The notes under the pieces were generated by a model, which did not search any database, was not told the origin of the DNA, and worked only from the letters and a program-made list of their open reading frames with translations. A DNA stretch of 64,000 nucleotides. Source: an uncultured Candidatus Saccharimonadales bacterium. Its GTDB lineage: Bacteria > Patescibacteriota > Saccharimonadia > UBA4664. A program made the translations under genes and the position numbers. Shown one piece after another: positions 61,238 to 64,000 of the stretch (the first letter of the stretch is position 1; every line of letters begins with the position of its first letter). Where the stretch lies: the NCBI GenBank assembly GCA_964609585.1, contig CAZSRA010000001.1:287290-351289 (forward strand), given 5' to 3'.

Positions 61238-62785
61238 ATGGTCAATTTGCGCGACAGCTTGGGCTATAGGCCCGAGGAGTTGGGTTTTGGCACATCAGGC
61301 CTGCGTGCGCCGGTGACGGCGATGACGGACCTTGAGTGCTACATCAACACGCGAGGCTTTCTCAAGTGGATGGAAGCTCAGGAGGGTTTGCGTTCTGGAG
61401 AGGAGGTCTATGTCGCCGGTGATCTTCGGGATAGCACTCCTCGCATTATGCGAGCGGTGATCCGGGCGATCACCGACGCCGGGTATCGGGCGGTGAACTG
61501 TGGTTTTATCCCGACGCCGGCTCTTGCATACTATGCCTTCGGGCTGAAGTCGCCGTGTATCATGGTGACAGGGAGTCACATTCCGGCCGATCGCAACGGC
61601 ATCAAGTTCTTCAAGCGTTGTGGTGAGGTGCTCAAGCGTGATGAGGCCGGGATTAAGGCGTGTGTGGCTGCAGTTCGGGTCGAAGTGTACGCACAAGTCT
61701 TCGCGACGGCGGCGTTTGACGCCCACGGCAGTCTGCGGGAAACCGCTGAGCTGCCGCTGGAAGACGACAGGGCGCGCGGGGGTTACTATTGGCGGTATGT
61801 CGACGTCTTTGGTCGCCACGGGTTGGCCGGCCAGACGATCGTAGTCTATCAACACTCTGCGGTTGGGCGTGACGATCTTGTCGAGCTACTGAGAGCTCTG
61901 GGTGCTACGGTAGTGCCAGTGTGCCGGTCGGAGGTCTTTGTGCCGATCGATACCGAGAACGTGACGGCGGCGGATCGGGTCCTGTTCCGGGAACTGGCTT
62001 TGGCTTATCCGGGTCTATTGGCTGTCGTTTCGACTGACGGTGACAGCGACCGTCCGTTCGTGATCGATGCCGACGGCGTTTTCCATTCGGGAGACGTACT
62101 GGGAGCTGTGGTGGCCCGGTGGCTCGAGCTTGATTTCGCAGCCTTTCCAGTGACATCCAGCGATGCCGCAACGGCATTGCTGGATGAGGTTGGCATCCCA
62201 TGGGTCACCACCAAGATCGGCTCGCCCTGGGTGGTGGACGCCATGACCGAAGCGGTGACGAGAGGCTGTCGGGCAGCCGGCGGCTGGGAGGTGAATGGAG
62301 GCATGTTGACTGGTTCGGATTTGATCATCCGTGACAGGCGACTGCTAGCATTGCCCACTCGCGACGCCGTTTTGCCGATCATTGCGGTTTTGATGGCGGC
62401 GCTGCAATCCGATTTGACGGTTGCCGAGCTGTTTGCGGGACTGCTTCCGCGGTTCACGCAATCGGGCTTGCTCGATAACTTCCCGGTGGATGTGTCCAAG
62501 GAGATTATTGCAGCTCTCTCGACGGACGACGAGTCGACTCGGCGGCGGATCGAGAGATTCTTCCCGGGTCACGGCGAAGTGACTCGTCTTGAGACTATCG
62601 ATGGCCTGCGGGTCTACTTCAACGGTGGCTTGATCGTGCACCTGAGGGCTTCGGGGAATGCTCCGCAGCTGCGAGTGTATAGCGTGGCTGACTCGCAGGA
62701 GCTAGCCGACGAGATTGTGGCAGCAGCGCTGGCTGAACCCGACGGGATTCTTCGGCGGATGGAGCGGGAGCTTAGCTCCTGCTAA
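61238..62785 (+). CDS. Alpha-D-phosphohexomutase family (phosphomannomutase/phosphoglucomutase-like; G+C-rich gene)
   Basis: Active-site Ser loop TGSHIPADRNGIKF (variant of the TASHNP motif); four-domain PGM/PMM architecture; 515 aa. Confidence 0.8.
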   Translation: MVNLRDSLGYRPEELGFGTSGLRAPVTAMTDLECYINTRGFLKWMEAQEGLRSGEEVYVAGDLRDSTPRIMRAVIRAITDAGYRAVNCGFIPTPALAYYAFGLKSPCIMVTGSHIPADRNGIKFFKRCGEVLKRDEAGIKACVAAVRVEVYAQVFATAAFDAHGSLRETAELPLEDDRARGGYYWRYVDVFGRHGLAGQTIVVYQHSAVGRDDLVELLRALGATVVPVCRSEVFVPIDTENVTAADRVLFRELALAYPGLLAVVSTDGDSDRPFVIDADGVFHSGDVLGAVVARWLELDFAAFPVTSSDAATALLDEVGIPWVTTKIGSPWVVDAMTEAVTRGCRAAGGWEVNGGMLTGSDLIIRDRRLLALPTRDAVLPIIAVLMAALQSDLTVAELFAGLLPRFTQSGLLDNFPVDVSKEIIAALSTDDESTRRRIERFFPGHGEVTRLETIDGLRVYFNGGLIVHLRASGNAPQLRVYSVADSQELADEIVAAALAEPDGILRRMERELSSC

Positions 62786-62835
62786 CATCAGGGCCCGGCT
62801 ACCTCCAGTAGCCGGGCCAAACCGTTTTTTGAATT

Positions 62836-64000
62836 TTAATAGACGTGGTTGGTGTACCACCAGTTGAGCTTTGATGCGAGGGCGGCGCTTTGCTCTTTTG
62901 CGGCTTCTTCGGTGACCTTACCAAGGGCGAGTTGTCCGATAAGCTGGCCGAGTTCGCTCGCTTGGTTAGTGGTGAGGCCCCGGCTGGTGAGCGCGGCAGT
63001 ACCGAACCGCATGCCGCTTGGGCGCCAAGCCGATTTGGTGTCAAACGGTAGCATGTTGCGGTTGGAAATAATGCCGACGCGTTCGAGTTGTTTTTGAAAC
63101 TCGAGGCTGTCGGTAGTATCTGGGAGTTTTACGAGGCAGAGATGGTTTTGAGTGGGGCTAACGATTTCGAGGCCGGCTTCATGGGCGCCTGTTTCGAGGG
63201 CTTTGCAAGTGTCGAGTACGTTTTGCGAGTAGGTTTTGAAGGTGAGGCCATCGGGGTGCTGGTCTTCACCTAGGATTTCTAGTAGTGCTTGGCCGACGGC
63301 GGCGATGGCGTGGAGATGCGGGCCACCAGAGGTACCGGGGAAGATGGTTTTGTTGATGGTGGGCAGATACTCGGCCTTGGCAAATAACATGGCACTTCTG
63401 GGGCCACGGAAGGTTTTATGGGTGGTCATGGAGATGAAATCGGCACCTTCATCGCCGGCTTTGAACGGGGTGTCATGTAGGCCGGCCGCGACGAGGCCGT
63501 TGATGTGGGCGATATCGGCGAGTACGAGGGCGCCGGCGTCATGAGCCCATTTCGTGAGTTTGGCAAATTCATACTTGCGCGGGTAGGCGGAAAAGCCGAG
63601 AATGACGAGTTTGGGTTTATGGGAGGCGAGCTTGGTCCGATAGTCGTCTTCATCAATATCGAACGTGTCCGTAGCGGTTTCTTTTACGTCGTAGTTGACG
63701 TGTTTGAAAAACTTGAGGTAGTTGGAAGTTGCGTGGAGGTGCGAGAGGTGTCCGCCATTGGCGAGGTTGAGGCTCATGATGGTGTCGCCGGGTTCGAGCA
63801 TTGCCAGGTATACCATGGTATTGGCGGGTGAGCCAGAGAGGACCTGCACGTTTACGCCGTATTCTCCCGTGGTGTCGAAGACTTCGAGAGCCTTTTGCTG
63901 GACGAACATTTCCATGTTGTCGGCGTAGTCATTGCCGGCGTAGTAGCGTTTTCCTGGCGTGCCTTCAGCGTATTTGTTGCTCCAAACGCTGCCCAAGAGG
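62836..64000 (-). CDS. glyA: Serine hydroxymethyltransferase (N-terminal part lies beyond the window end)
   Basis: SVWSNKYAEGTPGKRYYAGNDYAD… and the PLP-lysine region …SMTTHKTFRGPRSAM…; the ORF is open to the window end, and the annotated M at 63996 is internal. Confidence 0.9.
   Translation of the reverse strand, partial: LLGSVWSNKYAEGTPGKRYYAGNDYADNMEMFVQQKALEVFDTTGEYGVNVQVLSGSPANTMVYLAMLEPGDTIMSLNLANGGHLSHLHATSNYLKFFKHVNYDVKETATDTFDIDEDDYRTKLASHKPKLVILGFSAYPRKYEFAKLTKWAHDAGALVLADIAHINGLVAAGLHDTPFKAGDEGADFISMTTHKTFRGPRSAMLFAKAEYLPTINKTIFPGTSGGPHLHAIAAVGQALLEILGEDQHPDGLTFKTYSQNVLDTCKALETGAHEAGLEIVSPTQNHLCLVKLPDTTDSLEFQKQLERVGIISNRNMLPFDTKSAWRPSGMRFGTAALTSRGLTTNQASELGQLIGQLALGKVTEEAAKEQSAALASKLNWWYTNHVY

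Noticed and set aside
1-64000. CRISPR arrays, rRNA genes, integrases and transposases
   Set aside because: There are no short regularly spaced direct repeats, no rRNA-like segments, and no tyrosine- or serine-recombinase or DDE transposase motifs in any frame. The only mobile-element hint is the multi-HTH gene plus the tRNA-like remnant.

Overview
This is a densely coded 64 kb bacterial chromosomal window with genes on both strands. From the gene content and compact operons I infer a reduced-genome organism, possibly a Patescibacteria/CPR-like lineage, but I cannot confirm the lineage.

Housekeeping genes:
- zwf, a TRAM-domain 23S rRNA m5U methyltransferase, an RRM RNA-binding protein and gpmA.
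- Class I ribonucleotide reductase nrdA-nrdB with a candidate NrdR box; NrdB carries Phe at the radical-Tyr position, as in class Ic.
- mntH, cysS, a DHH phosphoesterase (NrnA-like), recR, a HAD hydrolase and ybaB.
- dnaX-dnaB, rdgB, a CYTH protein and an M20 peptidase.
- An isolated rplJ-rplL pair and a partial glyA.
- One tRNA-Gln(UUG).

Accessory content:
- Roughly 22.4-42.4 kb is an accessory-looking stretch that ends at the tRNA-Gln. It holds TetR x3, MarR, AraC, an HxlR-like regulator, SRPBCC proteins, SDR, VOC, PNPOx-like, MFS, EamA, an AlkA-like glycosylase, three tandem DHFR-like paralogs, a TMEM175-like channel and a patatin.
- A 1137-aa secreted protein carries three tandem DUF4082-like repeats.
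- An ApbE flavin transferase sits with an FMN-binding protein and a membrane FNR-like reductase, suggesting an extracytosolic flavinylated redox module.
- A polyprenol-phosphate-sugar glycosylation cluster (GtrA, GT2, two GT39/ArnT-like), with a phosphohexomutase nearby.
- A multi-HTH (excisionase-type) repeat protein, followed by a structured, tRNA-like element just downstream of its stop.
- Several G+C-rich genes (by eye, not computed) that look horizontally acquired.
- Strongly SD-led micro-ORFs and clustered terminator hairpins downstream of rplL.

I found no CRISPR array, rRNA, integrase or transposase.
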